Source of the DNA: Thermoplasmata archaeon
GTDB taxonomy: Archaea > Thermoplasmatota > Thermoplasmata > Halarchaeoplasmatales > Halarchaeoplasmataceae
Direction: 5' to 3'
Assembly: GCA_046540335.1 (NCBI GenBank)
Contig: JBKHFH010000002.1
Span: 5,287-69,286 of the forward strand
DNA: 64,000 nucleotides
A model generated the notes under the pieces. The model ran no database searches, was not told the DNA's origin, and saw only the letters and a program-made list of their open reading frames with translations. Positions 37,966 to 48,800 of this stretch are shown here, one piece after another. How positions within the stretch are numbered: the first letter of the stretch is position 1; every line of letters begins with the position of its first letter. A program made the translations under genes and the position numbers.

Positions 37966-38604
37966 GTGCGAGATATGGATGAAGAGATACGGGTCGTTTC
38001 TTTCGACATGGACGGAACGCTCATACCCAAAAGATTTGCCGACGACTTCTGGCTGGAGAGGATACCCGAACTCTACAGCGAGAAGAAAGGGTTACCGTTA
38101 GAAGAAGCAAAAGAGAAGCTTATCGAAGAGTACGATGAGATGGGTAGGGACGATATCAGATGGTACGAGCCGGAGTATTGGTTCTCCAGGTGCGGCTTAG
38201 ATCAAGATCTCAGAGAAGTTCTTGAGGAGCTGAGAGCTGAGTATGACCTATACCACGATGCCAAAAAGGTGATGGAAGAACTGAACCATGAATATGAATT
38301 AATAGTTATATCGAACGGGATCAAGATGTTCATAGAGGTCGGTCTTGGAGATCATAAGAGTTGTTTTTCCGACCTTTACTCTTCAGTATCTGATTTCCGG
38401 ATGAGCAGTAAAACACCTTCCCTTTATCGAAGTGTATGCCGAGAGTTACAAATTGACCCGAAAAAAGTCGTGCATGTAGGAGATGATAGAGAGAACGACT
38501 ATGAACCAGCCGAAGAGGCCGGGATGAGGTCCTATCTTCTAGATAGGGAGGGAAAAAGCGAAGACGGGCTGGCTGATCTCAGAGAATTGCTCGAGATCCT
38601 TTAG
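37966..38604 (+). CDS. HAD-superfamily hydrolase
   Basis: FDMDGTL, ISN, HVGD..ND motifs. Confidence 0.9.
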   Translation: MRDMDEEIRVVSFDMDGTLIPKRFADDFWLERIPELYSEKKGLPLEEAKEKLIEEYDEMGRDDIRWYEPEYWFSRCGLDQDLREVLEELRAEYDLYHDAKKVMEELNHEYELIVISNGIKMFIEVGLGDHKSCFSDLYSSVSDFRMSSKTPSLYRSVCRELQIDPKKVVHVGDDRENDYEPAEEAGMRSYLLDREGKSEDGLADLRELLEIL

Positions 38605-38613
38605 ACCAGTTTT

Positions 38614-39438
38614 TCAATTATCTATCAGGTCGATGTTTTTGTCTTTCACGTGGACGTATTTTCCCTTATTACCTCCCCTGTAGTTAGAGACCGAAAATAT
38701 CGAGAGCAGCTTTTCATCGAAATAATACCTGTATCCCTCAGGATGGACTTCGTGGGCTCTTATTATAGTAGATAGGTCGTTCTTATCCAAAAATTCGCTG
38801 ACGGCCTTCTCCCCATAGAGTTGAAAGCCTCCTCGTTTGAAGTTCGGTTCAAATCCCTCGATATCCTCGCTCGGATCGTTCCAGAATATCTCTTTATAGG
38901 ATTCGTCGGTATGGCTCAATTCATTTATGCGAGAAAGAGAAGTTATCCCTCTGGAGATCCCGCCGTGAGCTAGGTAATAGTCATCCTTCACTACAGCAGC
39001 TACAGGTAATCTATCGTAAAGTTCGACTATATTCTGATAGAGCGATCCAGGATATCTCATATTGATCACCCTATAGAATCCGTACTGACGGTTCATACTC
39101 TCGGTCTCGTGGTTACCCCGTAACAATATCACTTTCCCGGGCCTTTCTATCTTGAGAGAGAGAGCGTAAACCAGGGTTTCAAGCTGTTCTTCGCCTCTAT
39201 CTACGTAATCACCGAGATACACTATTGGGACGTCATTTTTGATAGCATGTTCAGCGGGTCGTTTGGCAGATTCTAAGTTCCCGTGTGTATCTCCAACCAC
39301 AAAAAATTCGCTCCAATCCTTCTTAACAAGATTTCGATCTTCTACTCGCTTACTTGCCTGCAGGATGAGCTCACGATAGTCGTTCTCAGTCACGGTATCG
39401 ATGCCCTCTGACAGGACCTTATCGATTACGCCCATCAT
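38614..39438 (-). CDS. PPP-family Ser/Thr protein phosphatase
   Basis: GDTHG, GDYVDRG, LRGNHE, HGG, WNDP, IRAHE, FSVSNY motifs. Confidence 0.9.
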   Translation of the reverse strand: MMGVIDKVLSEGIDTVTENDYRELILQASKRVEDRNLVKKDWSEFFVVGDTHGNLESAKRPAEHAIKNDVPIVYLGDYVDRGEEQLETLVYALSLKIERPGKVILLRGNHETESMNRQYGFYRVINMRYPGSLYQNIVELYDRLPVAAVVKDDYYLAHGGISRGITSLSRINELSHTDESYKEIFWNDPSEDIEGFEPNFKRGGFQLYGEKAVSEFLDKNDLSTIIRAHEVHPEGYRYYFDEKLLSIFSVSNYRGGNKGKYVHVKDKNIDLIDN

Positions 39439-39650
39439 TTCTTTTTTAAGTGGTTCTCTGATATTTCAATCACACGGTCTTCATCTTAAACATCCAATAT
39501 CTTTTCCCACAATTTATTTTCGATTTGAATAGTCTGAACTGAGGATCAGATAACTTTACTATCATCTTCATATCTGAAGAATGTGAAGAACGCTAGAGAT
39601 GAAATGTAAACAACCAGAAGATATTTAAACCATCTTTGAATCAAAAATCG

Positions 39651-40766
39651 ATGACCGATCAGACCGATTCTCACGAAGTACCAGATTACGACAACATGTG
39701 GGTCCTTAAAACAGATAACATGATCAAAGACCTTTCCTGGTACTGGTGGTGGTGGATATTTTTCATCAAAAATCCGGAGAACCCAAAAAGACCAAAACAG
39801 TTGATGATCCTCTGGTCAACAAAATATACGGATCACATCAAAGTGAACGATAAAGATTGGCAATTGAAGAAATTGCCCACTTGGAACAAAGACAAGCTAG
39901 AATTCAACGGGATGACCGCGGCGTGGTGGTTCGACGGCAAAGAGATGCACGATCCGATAGTCCTTGAAGAGATGGATTTTGAAGTCACTCATCAGGGGAG
40001 AAAAGGAGAATTGAAACCTCTGTGCGAAAACGCCGACTACAGATTTTACGGTTCTCCAGAAAAGTACTTTATCAATATCAAAGATGAAGATAACGATTTC
40101 GAATTAGAGATGACTCCCTGGAACGACTATCTTCAAAAACATCGATTTAACGAGCAGCAGTTGACAAAAAAGTACAGTTACAACATAATGAAAGTCTACG
40201 GGATGAAACTCGGGGGTAGCATCAACGGAGAAAGCGTGGAGGGAAGTGGTTATTTCCAGCGAGTGCAAGTGAACGCTCCAGCGACTCCCTGGTACTGGGG
40301 TCTGGTTCACTGTGAGAACGGAAGTTTCATCCATTACTTCAATCCTTTTATAGGGCCTCAGATGTTCAGGTCGAAACGCAAACAAAAGTCCTGGCTGAAT
40401 TGGGGAGATTTTAGATTGTCTAGATCTATCCGCTTCTATCATAGTGAAAGAGATACGGAATACAGGTTCAGGACTAAAAACGTGGATATAAACCGACAGT
40501 TAGATAACGGACTTCCCACGTTCGTAATAAAAGGAGAAGATCAAGAAAAAAAGATATACATGAAACTCTCGGCATATTCTAAAGCTTATTGGAGATTCCA
40601 GCAGAGAAGAAAATTCGGGATGAAGAACATCTTCTACTACAACGAGTATCCAGCTAATCTCGTCGACTTTAAATTCAAAGACAAAGAAAAATCTTTACAG
40701 GTCTCTAGATCCGATCTCGGTCAGACCTACAGCAACTTTGAACATTCCTGGGGTAAATTGTTGTAG
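39651..40766 (+). CDS. Trp/aromatic-rich hypothetical protein, possibly tocopherol-cyclase/CrtC-like beta fold
   Basis: Long ORF; WYWWWWIFF, GSGYFQRV and PWYWG segments. Confidence 0.65.
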   Translation: MTDQTDSHEVPDYDNMWVLKTDNMIKDLSWYWWWWIFFIKNPENPKRPKQLMILWSTKYTDHIKVNDKDWQLKKLPTWNKDKLEFNGMTAAWWFDGKEMHDPIVLEEMDFEVTHQGRKGELKPLCENADYRFYGSPEKYFINIKDEDNDFELEMTPWNDYLQKHRFNEQQLTKKYSYNIMKVYGMKLGGSINGESVEGSGYFQRVQVNAPATPWYWGLVHCENGSFIHYFNPFIGPQMFRSKRKQKSWLNWGDFRLSRSIRFYHSERDTEYRFRTKNVDINRQLDNGLPTFVIKGEDQEKKIYMKLSAYSKAYWRFQQRRKFGMKNIFYYNEYPANLVDFKFKDKEKSLQVSRSDLGQTYSNFEHSWGKLL

Positions 40767-40805
40767 CTTTGTAATTCAATATTTTACCGGATAGGATCGA
40801 AAAAG

Positions 40806-41639
40806 TCATAGCTGACGCGATCTATCCCTCAATTCCCTTTTGATTTCCTCAAGTTCCATCTTGTAATGGTCGAAAGGTTCACCGTTAATGAAACACCAAT
40901 CCCAGTTCCACGACCTCACCGAAAATTCGATCGCTTCTTTCCGAGTATCGATCCTATATGTTTCAAGATCGATTTTGCTTTCGTTCATCACCTCGACGGC
41001 TTTTTCAACTTTACTTTTATTATGAATACTGTAAGGACACCTATTGCTGTATCCTAGATCCAAAGCCAATCTATTCTCATCAGACTGATCTCTAGGTTCA
41101 ATGTTTGGTCCCAAAAGAAAGGGTTCTTCGTGGGTTCCCTCGAATGGCAGGTGCATCAATAAGATATAATCTTCTTTTTTTACCTCCTCAAAACCGAACT
41201 TATCGAACATGTCTATAGTAAAATGAACAGGATGATCCCAGGCCAATACACACAATCCGGAAAATCTGTTCTTGGTTCTGTTGATCAAGTGTTCTATCAA
41301 TCTCTCTTCGTTTTTGTGATGAACGCTCTCGTCAGAATCACCGATAGTGGCCCAGTGAAAACACATTATCACCGCTGAGCCTTGCGCTTCTATCGGATAC
41401 GGAGCGCTTTCAGCTGGCATATATTCTATAAAACCTTTAGAAACACCTTTCTCATAAACGATAAATCCTTTCATCCCCTTTTCGATCATATCTTTTCTCC
41501 ATAACAGCGTTTTGGATATATCTCCCAAGAACTCTCCATTTTTGACCTTTAATCCACCGGGACAGCACAATACATCCTTAACATTTTCTTCATCTAGAGG
41601 TGAGATTTCTCCTTCAAAATCTGTTTCTAGACTTTTCAT
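40806..41639 (-). CDS. GNAT-like protein with a YoaP/thioredoxin-like C-terminus
   Basis: GFIEYMP..IMCF; YSNRCPY motif. Confidence 0.6.
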   Translation of the reverse strand: MKSLETDFEGEISPLDEENVKDVLCCPGGLKVKNGEFLGDISKTLLWRKDMIEKGMKGFIVYEKGVSKGFIEYMPAESAPYPIEAQGSAVIMCFHWATIGDSDESVHHKNEERLIEHLINRTKNRFSGLCVLAWDHPVHFTIDMFDKFGFEEVKKEDYILLMHLPFEGTHEEPFLLGPNIEPRDQSDENRLALDLGYSNRCPYSIHNKSKVEKAVEVMNESKIDLETYRIDTRKEAIEFSVRSWNWDWCFINGEPFDHYKMELEEIKRELRDRSRQL

Positions 41640-41728
41640 ATGTATCCTATTAACTATGAAGAGGACCCGTTAAAATATTTCTGTAGACAAAAGAAAAATA
41701 GAGATTTTAGGAAAACTAAGATCTTTTT

Positions 41729-43570
41729 CTAGTCGAATTCGAATTTTTCCTCGGCCTTTTCGATGACTTTTTCTTTCTTATCTTTCGCCTCTTTCTTCAA
41801 CTCTTCACATCTCTTCAGCATGTCCTCTATGAACTTTTCGTCATGAACGTCCTGTAGATTGATTTTCACGTTCGCTATCCCGCCAACGACTCCCGAGTAA
41901 GCCATCTGAGCCGAGACCAGCGCGTCGGTGACCGCATCTTCTTTCCCATACTCGGCGACCTTGTCCGCGAGAGCTAAAACTTCAGCAGAAGTCTCCGCGG
42001 TATCCATAGGAACTTTACACGCGTGTTTAAGGCCCTCTTCCATCGCCTGTCTCCTCTTATCTCTCTCCTCTTCAGTGGATTTCGGCATGTTCTTGGCTTC
42101 GATGTATTTGTCGTAGGCGTTGGTGTCTTCATCCACCGCCTTCAAAAGATCGTCTTTCAATTCCTGAGCTTCCTCCGCTACGGGCATCAATTTCGGATCG
42201 ATAACTTCCGTTCCCCTCCCGCCTGTACTCAAGTTGGAAACCATCGAAGAGAGTGCGGCTCCTATCGAACCGGAAAGTGCGGCGATACTGCCTCCTCCAG
42301 GTGTTGAAGAACCTCTCGAGACTTCGTTGACGAAAGCTTCAACGTCCATATCGACGAGAGCGTCTTCCGGCTTCATAGGACCGCCTATCAGCTTCTCGTC
42401 GGGTTCGAACTCCGCCACATCTCTAAGACCCAAAGACTGTATCGCGGTCTCGATCATGTCCTCTTCGGGTATGCCTTTAGGCTGGTTCATCTTGTCCAGG
42501 TAGTACTTACCGGTTCTCAGCAGAGCTTCGTATGGCGCTAAACCGACGATCTCGCTTCCTGTGACCCTAGCACCCATCTTTCTTGCTCTGTCTCTAGCGA
42601 ACTCGTAAACGTCGTGGAGGCTCGTCTCTTTGAAGTTGGTGAGATTGATAGAGACCTGAGCTCTTTCATATTCATCTACATACCAACCTATGGACTTGCA
42701 GTGATCGAATTTTCCCCTCTGTTTGACAGCTTTACCTTGTAGGTCATCGATATCGTAATCGTACTCTTTCTCCAGGAACTCCTGAAGGTCATAGCCGTGC
42801 TCCTTCTCGGTATGTTCTTTCACCTCTTGGAATGAATCGCCGACAAAATCGCATTCACCGCACGGGAATTCATCTTCGCCGTATCTAACAATACTTCCTT
42901 TCCAGTAATGCTGATCGGGACTGTTTTTTCTCTTCGCTCTTCCTCTCCTCCTCATCTCCAGAGCTATATCCCACGCGATCTTTTTGTTCTTGGTATTGAG
43001 ATTTATATTGTAAGCTATGAGGAATTCTCTCGCGCCTATTACGGTGGCGCCTGTTTTCCTGACTCTATCGTTCCATTCCGCCGGTCCGTAATCCGGTTCC
43101 CACTCTGGATCTACAAGTTTTTCCTCCAGCCCTTCATATTGACCCTTCCTTATAGTCGCGAGATTCTCTCTTTTGGGCTCTGTCGCAGCTTCCTCGTACA
43201 AGTAAACCGGTATATCTAGTTCTTTACCCACCTTCTCCCCAAGATCTTTTGCTATCTCCACACAGTCCTCCATGGTGGTACCTTTCACCGGAACGAAGGG
43301 ACAGACGTCTGTGGCGCCCATCCTGGGATGACTCCCCTCATGATGGCTCATGTCTATGAGTTCTGCAGCTTTCTTGATCGCGTTGAATGCTGCTTTTTTC
43401 ACATCTTCTGGAGGCCCTACAAAGGTCACGACCGTCCTGTTCGTATCCTCACCCATATCCACATCTTTTACCTCTACACCGTCGAAGGTCTCTGTCTCGG
43501 CAGTTATCTCATCTATAACGCTCTCGTCCCGCCCTTCTGAGAAGTTAGGTACACATTCTACAAGTTCCAT
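41729..43570 (-). CDS. ftcD: Glutamate formimidoyltransferase / formimidoyl-THF cyclodeaminase
   Basis: MELVECVPNFSEGRD, HPRMGATDVCPFVP, GAREFLIAYN, STPGGGS motifs; true start 43570. Confidence 0.95.
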   Translation of the reverse strand: MELVECVPNFSEGRDESVIDEITAETETFDGVEVKDVDMGEDTNRTVVTFVGPPEDVKKAAFNAIKKAAELIDMSHHEGSHPRMGATDVCPFVPVKGTTMEDCVEIAKDLGEKVGKELDIPVYLYEEAATEPKRENLATIRKGQYEGLEEKLVDPEWEPDYGPAEWNDRVRKTGATVIGAREFLIAYNINLNTKNKKIAWDIALEMRRRGRAKRKNSPDQHYWKGSIVRYGEDEFPCGECDFVGDSFQEVKEHTEKEHGYDLQEFLEKEYDYDIDDLQGKAVKQRGKFDHCKSIGWYVDEYERAQVSINLTNFKETSLHDVYEFARDRARKMGARVTGSEIVGLAPYEALLRTGKYYLDKMNQPKGIPEEDMIETAIQSLGLRDVAEFEPDEKLIGGPMKPEDALVDMDVEAFVNEVSRGSSTPGGGSIAALSGSIGAALSSMVSNLSTGGRGTEVIDPKLMPVAEEAQELKDDLLKAVDEDTNAYDKYIEAKNMPKSTEEERDKRRQAMEEGLKHACKVPMDTAETSAEVLALADKVAEYGKEDAVTDALVSAQMAYSGVVGGIANVKINLQDVHDEKFIEDMLKRCEELKKEAKDKKEKVIEKAEEKFEFD

Positions 43571-43686
43571 ATCATACCACCGTATTTCAATACTGAGAAA
43601 TATATGGAAGATAAAAAGATTTTGGAATGAAACTTTCGAATCGGGTGGAAAAACTATATGAGGCACTCTAAAATCTTACTACTACG

Positions 43687-44367
43687 ATGACCAATAGAAA
43701 GATAATCACTCTCCCCTTGGCCACGATAATATTCGTAATGTTCTTTCTGATCCTTATCTTAATACCTATCGTTATCAGCGGAGCCTTCCGCATGCTGGGA
43801 TTCAGACCATGGCTGACCTTTCTGCTTTTCTTTTTATCCCTGGTCGGAAGCGTGGTTAACATCCCCGTATATTCTTTCAAGATAAAGAGCCCCGTTCGGA
43901 AGCCTAGAGGTGGGCTGCTCACCGACCTTCTCTATCCTCGGCGATCTTTATCTTACAGAGAGAGGAGATCCACTATCGCGGTAAACCTGGGAGGTGCCGT
44001 TATACCTGTTTTGATATCCGTTTACCTGATAGCGGAAAATCCTCACCTCGCGTGGCAGTATTTGGTAGGAACGGGCATAGTGACCGTGATATGTTACAGA
44101 CTCGCTCGCCCGGTTCCGGGAGTCGGTATAAGTATGCCGCTGTTGATTCCTCCTATCGCTGCAGCTATTGTCGCTATATTTTTACCTGGTTCTCCCACTC
44201 AGGCCATCGCCTACGTCTCGGGTGTTAACGGCGTCATCATCGGAGCAGATCTACTGAACCTGAAAAAAACAATAGGATTAGGGAGCACGACTTTGAGCAT
44301 AGGCGGAGCTGGCACTTTCGACGGTATCTTTTTGACAGGTATCGTGGCGGTGTTCTTGACGGCTTGA
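43687..44367 (+). CDS. DUF1614-family membrane protein
   Basis: AVNLGGAVIP, ARPVPGVGI, SIGGAGTFDGIFLTG motifs. Confidence 0.85.
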   Translation: MTNRKIITLPLATIIFVMFFLILILIPIVISGAFRMLGFRPWLTFLLFFLSLVGSVVNIPVYSFKIKSPVRKPRGGLLTDLLYPRRSLSYRERRSTIAVNLGGAVIPVLISVYLIAENPHLAWQYLVGTGIVTVICYRLARPVPGVGISMPLLIPPIAAAIVAIFLPGSPTQAIAYVSGVNGVIIGADLLNLKKTIGLGSTTLSIGGAGTFDGIFLTGIVAVFLTA

Positions 44368-44429
44368 ACCGATCTTCATACGAACTCTAACTGGTTAAAA
44401 ATCTGAGTAAAAAAGATCAGGAATTATGT

Positions 44430-44690
44430 TTACGAGTAAGTTCTAAGCTGTTGCTCAGTAATGTTCTTAATCTGTTTTGTCCCTGCAAAGAGTATCCATA
44501 CTGTAGCGATGATGAATATGGGGATCTCTACCATAGCTTCGCCGTATTGATTGAAGCGGAGGAGGATCATCCAACTGGTTTTATCTATATTCCAAAGTAC
44601 TACCGAGGATAGATAGGCGAACCAGAATGTGGTCAATAACCAAAGTCCCGCTTTGATTATCCCCACCGTCTTCTCTCTGTCAATCTCCAT
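44430..44690 (-). CDS. Small 2-TM hypothetical protein
   Basis: ORF with two hydrophobic segments; GGAG RBS before ATG44690. Confidence 0.55.
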   Translation of the reverse strand: MEIDREKTVGIIKAGLWLLTTFWFAYLSSVVLWNIDKTSWMILLRFNQYGEAMVEIPIFIIATVWILFAGTKQIKNITEQQLRTYS

Positions 44691-44827
44691 CTGTCCGTTC
44701 TCCTTTGTTATTATCACCTCGCTCCTGTTTATTATATACTCTCAGAGAATCGACTTCATTATCGCTCTTCGATATATATTTCAGATGGAGTTATATAGAA
44801 AATATATAAGCGTCTTGCTCGAACTTT

Positions 44828-45664
44828 CTACATTTTTGGCTTTTTATTTTCGACTAGAATCTTTTCAGAATGTAGAGCATCTCTCATATTTTTCAAGAAT
44901 CTTTCCTCGTCACCTGTGGAAAAACCTACCGATCTACCGCTGATCAGAAGGGACAATGGTATAGAATAAAAACGTGAGAATTCGTCGGGTTCTTCAAAGG
45001 GTATCACCATCTTGACGGGTATCTCATCATCTATCTTGCGCAGTTCTTCAAGTGTATTCATCATCTCCTCCACACAAAAGGGAGAATATGGATTGCAGAG
45101 TATGAGCGCCTTGTCCCTGTCCATCTCATCTATAGGTAGGTCCGAAATACTTTCGGCGGGATCGTAATCCAATTGTTCCCCGGTCAAAGGGTAATAGAGC
45201 AGCATCTCGTATTCATTGGAGATTGGTTTGAACCCGTATTCCGTGTAAAAGTCAGCGTTCTCAAGAGAGTGTGAAAAGGGATCCTTCAAGGTTACCAATG
45301 CCTTAGCTCTTTCATTATCAAAGTATCCTTTTGGGTGCTCGAATTCCCTGACAGTTTCATCCAACAGAGACATCACTATGAGCGCATCTCCGTCTTCTTC
45401 ATCTACGAGTATCGATTTGATCTCGACCACTTTATGTTCGGTTTTCGGTATGTACTGTATCATACCTACTATCTTCGATCCTCGATATGCTGCCTTTCCT
45501 ATAAATCCTAACTCAACTAGATGTTTTTGCATCCATTTCTTCCACATCAGTTCTCCTTCGATATAGAAAGGATCGTTCGATTTTTCTCCCGATAACCACA
45601 GATGCTCTAGTTCCTCTAAAATCTCTATATCAATATCTTTTATTTCAATCTCATCTTGGGGCAT
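44828..45664 (-). CDS. GNAT-like protein, paralogue of 40806-41639
   Basis: VGMIQYIP, FYTEYGF; similar length and layout; GGGAGG RBS. Confidence 0.6.
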   Translation of the reverse strand: MPQDEIEIKDIDIEILEELEHLWLSGEKSNDPFYIEGELMWKKWMQKHLVELGFIGKAAYRGSKIVGMIQYIPKTEHKVVEIKSILVDEEDGDALIVMSLLDETVREFEHPKGYFDNERAKALVTLKDPFSHSLENADFYTEYGFKPISNEYEMLLYYPLTGEQLDYDPAESISDLPIDEMDRDKALILCNPYSPFCVEEMMNTLEELRKIDDEIPVKMVIPFEEPDEFSRFYSIPLSLLISGRSVGFSTGDEERFLKNMRDALHSEKILVENKKPKM

Positions 45665-45834
45665 AGAATTCCCTCCCGATAATATACAATAATATAGACC
45701 GAAGTTATCCTTTAAAAACTTGTCTATATAGTGAATTCATTTCATATTCACATCAATATAGTTCACTTAAAACTGACTTCATGTAAAAAAGGAAAAAAAG
45801 GGAAAGGGGTTTATTTTGTTCTGGTCATATGGTT

Positions 45835-48800
45835 TCACTCGATCTTTGCGTAGGTCGCTTCTTCGAAGGTCTGACTGTTTATCTCTTCTTCGTATTCGAA
45901 CTCGACCTGTTCACCACGTCTCAACTGTACGTGTTCGGACTGTCCGTCTTCTAGCACAACAAGGAAGTATCCAGGTTCAAGTTGATCAGAGATATAATAT
46001 CCGTGATCTCCAGTCTCCCCTGACTCGATTTCGGAACCCTCTACACCATCTTCATCAGATTCGTAGATCGTAACTCCTATTCCTTCCATACCACCTATGA
46101 CGTAGACATCTATGCTGGAAAGCTGGTATTCACCGTAGTTCACTGTGACATCCTCGACACAACCCAACCTCACATGTACTTCTCTAGGCGTGGTGTGTTC
46201 CCACTCGCAGCAAGCTTTTGGCTGGTAGACTACATAGTCACCAGGTCCAACATCTTCAAACGAGTAGTATCCGTGTTCATCAGTTTCAGTGGAATCTATG
46301 GCTTCTGTTCCTATCACGTTACCTTCAACGTCCGCTTCCCACAGTTCGACTATCTTTCCTCTCAGCGGGATGTCTCCCACTTCCGGATCGAATTCACCGT
46401 TCATGTCGAAATCGTAGTACTTGAGTCCAACTATGTCACCGTGTCTGTAGTTGCCGAAGTGATATTCTAACTCGCCTTCAGGCAGTACTTCTATTTCGTA
46501 GTAATACGGCGTGGTGTTGTACCATCCTTCTAGTAAAACTTCTTCAAGGATGTACATTCCCGGCTTGATACACAAGAAACTGTAGTAACCGTCTTCGTCT
46601 GTCTCAGTCGTCATGTACGGCTTGTGCATTGAGTGTATCTCATCCTCGTTCTCTTCATGATACTCGTACAGATTGATGGTCCATCCTTCTAGACCATACT
46701 CGATCTCATCGAATTCTCCGTTCATGTTGTAGTCGCAGAACTTGTAGCCCTCTATAGATCCTCCAGGTACGTTACCGAACCAGAGTTCAGAGGTATTACC
46801 GGCTTCTACACTAACAGACTGCAATAGTGGAGTAGTGTTGAACCAACACCTTTTCAGTTCTTCTTCTACTATGTAATCTCCAGGCAAGACATCTTCGAAC
46901 ATCGCCAATCCATCTTCGTCAGTCATGTTGGTGGCTAGTATCTCAGTTATATCTTCGTCCCACAGGTTGAATGTCCAGCTTTCCAACATCTCTTCTCCTT
47001 TGTCGTACATTCCATTCATGTTATAGTCGTAGAACTTGTAGACTTCGATATCACCGTACTGTACGTTACCGAACCAAAGGTCCCAGTGATCTCCAGGTCC
47101 TAGTGTCTGTTCCTGCCACAAGGGAGTAGTGTTCAACCATCCTATGTCCAACATCTCTGTGACGTTGAAATCACCGATCGGTACAAGGAAGTTATATGAT
47201 CCTTCTACACCGAAGGTCCCGGCAAAAACTTGCACGCCTTCGAACTCGCCTAATACATCGAAATTTACAGTCTGATCTGCTAGTAGATAATCACCGTCAT
47301 CAATGTTGTATATGCCGTCCATATTTGCGTCATTGAACTTGTTGATGGTTATCTCCGGGAACTCATAATTTCCGAAGTTGATTATTTCTTTCGGGCTGCA
47401 GCAGTTGAATTCGATCTTAACTATGGATTCTGTAGTGTTATCCCATCCATATGGTACTTCTTCCTGCACATAGTAAGTTCCTACTTTTATGCCGTCAAAG
47501 AAGTAATATCCGTTCGGCTGTGTATAGAACGTATCTATTATCTCACCAGGTTCTCCGTCGATCTCATTCCATAGGTTGATCTCCCAACCTTCTAGAACCC
47601 AATCTTCCTCGTTGAATTCTCCATCCATGTTGTAATCGTAGAACTTGATACCGTATATCTCCTTGTACATACAGTTGGAGAAATCTACGCCTTCTACGGT
47701 CTCACAGGGTTCTACATCCACGTGCAGTATATCCGCAGTGTTGTTATACCAACCTTCGTACATCTCTTCCTGAACGAAGTATTCGCCAGGCATCACACAG
47801 TCGAAGTAGTACATTCCGTCTCTGTTGGTCTCTGTGGTCTCTATTATCTCTCCAGGTACTCCATCTTCTACGGTCCATAGGTTGATCTCCCAACCCATCA
47901 GGGGCTTATCTAATCCAACATCGAAATGTCCATCGGCTTCGATATCGAGGAATTTCATCCCTTCGATCATTCCACCCTGTACGTTTCCGAAGTACAGATT
48001 ATATTCTCCACCTGGTTTCACGTAGGTGTGCTGTAAGACATCAGTCGTCGGTAGCCAACAGCACTCACCCTCTGGGTATTCATCCAATTCCTGGACTACG
48101 TAATCTCCGGCCACTAAATCCTCGAAAGTGTAAGTACCGTCGTTCGTTTCGACAGGTTTGCCTATCCTTCCGTTTTTGATAGGTTGGCCGTTTTCATAGG
48201 CTTCCCAGAGCTGGAACCAGAATCCGTCTATCAGTTCTTCTCCATCATCGTACTCTCCGTTGTAGTTCACATCGTGGAACTTATTGACTGTGATATCTCC
48301 GTACTGAACGTTGCCGAACCAAACCTCGGATTCCTCCGCAGGATAAACTGTTACTGGCTGCAACAAGTCTGTGGTGTGTTCCCAATCCTCTTTGAGTTCC
48401 TCCTGAACTATGTATTCTCCGGGGTAAACATCTTCAAAAGTCAACGCACCGTTCTCGTCTGTTTCACCCATATCTATGATCTCATCGGGTTCTTCATCCT
48501 CGGTCGTCCATAGGTTGAACATCCAATCTTCGAGCATGTAGTCTTCTTCCTCATCGAACTCGCCGTCCTCGTTGACATCGTAGTACTTGTATACTGTGAT
48601 CTCTCCGTCCATCATGGTATTTCCGAATTCAACGGTCATCGGTTCTCTGAGCCAGAATGAATCTTCAACGTATCTATCCTCGTCCTCTTCACCATTTCTT
48701 ATCGTCATTTCCATCTCGCCGTTCTCTGTGATGGTATATTCAGTTTCTACTTCTTCTTCGGTTCCGTATACTGCAGATCCTGTGTTGTACCATCCTTCAG

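Noticed and set aside
41703..41723. Palindrome GATTTTAG-GAAAA-CTAAGATC as a DtxR/MntR box
   Set aside because: It lies right after the ftcD stop, next to a non-metal gene, and no second copy was found.
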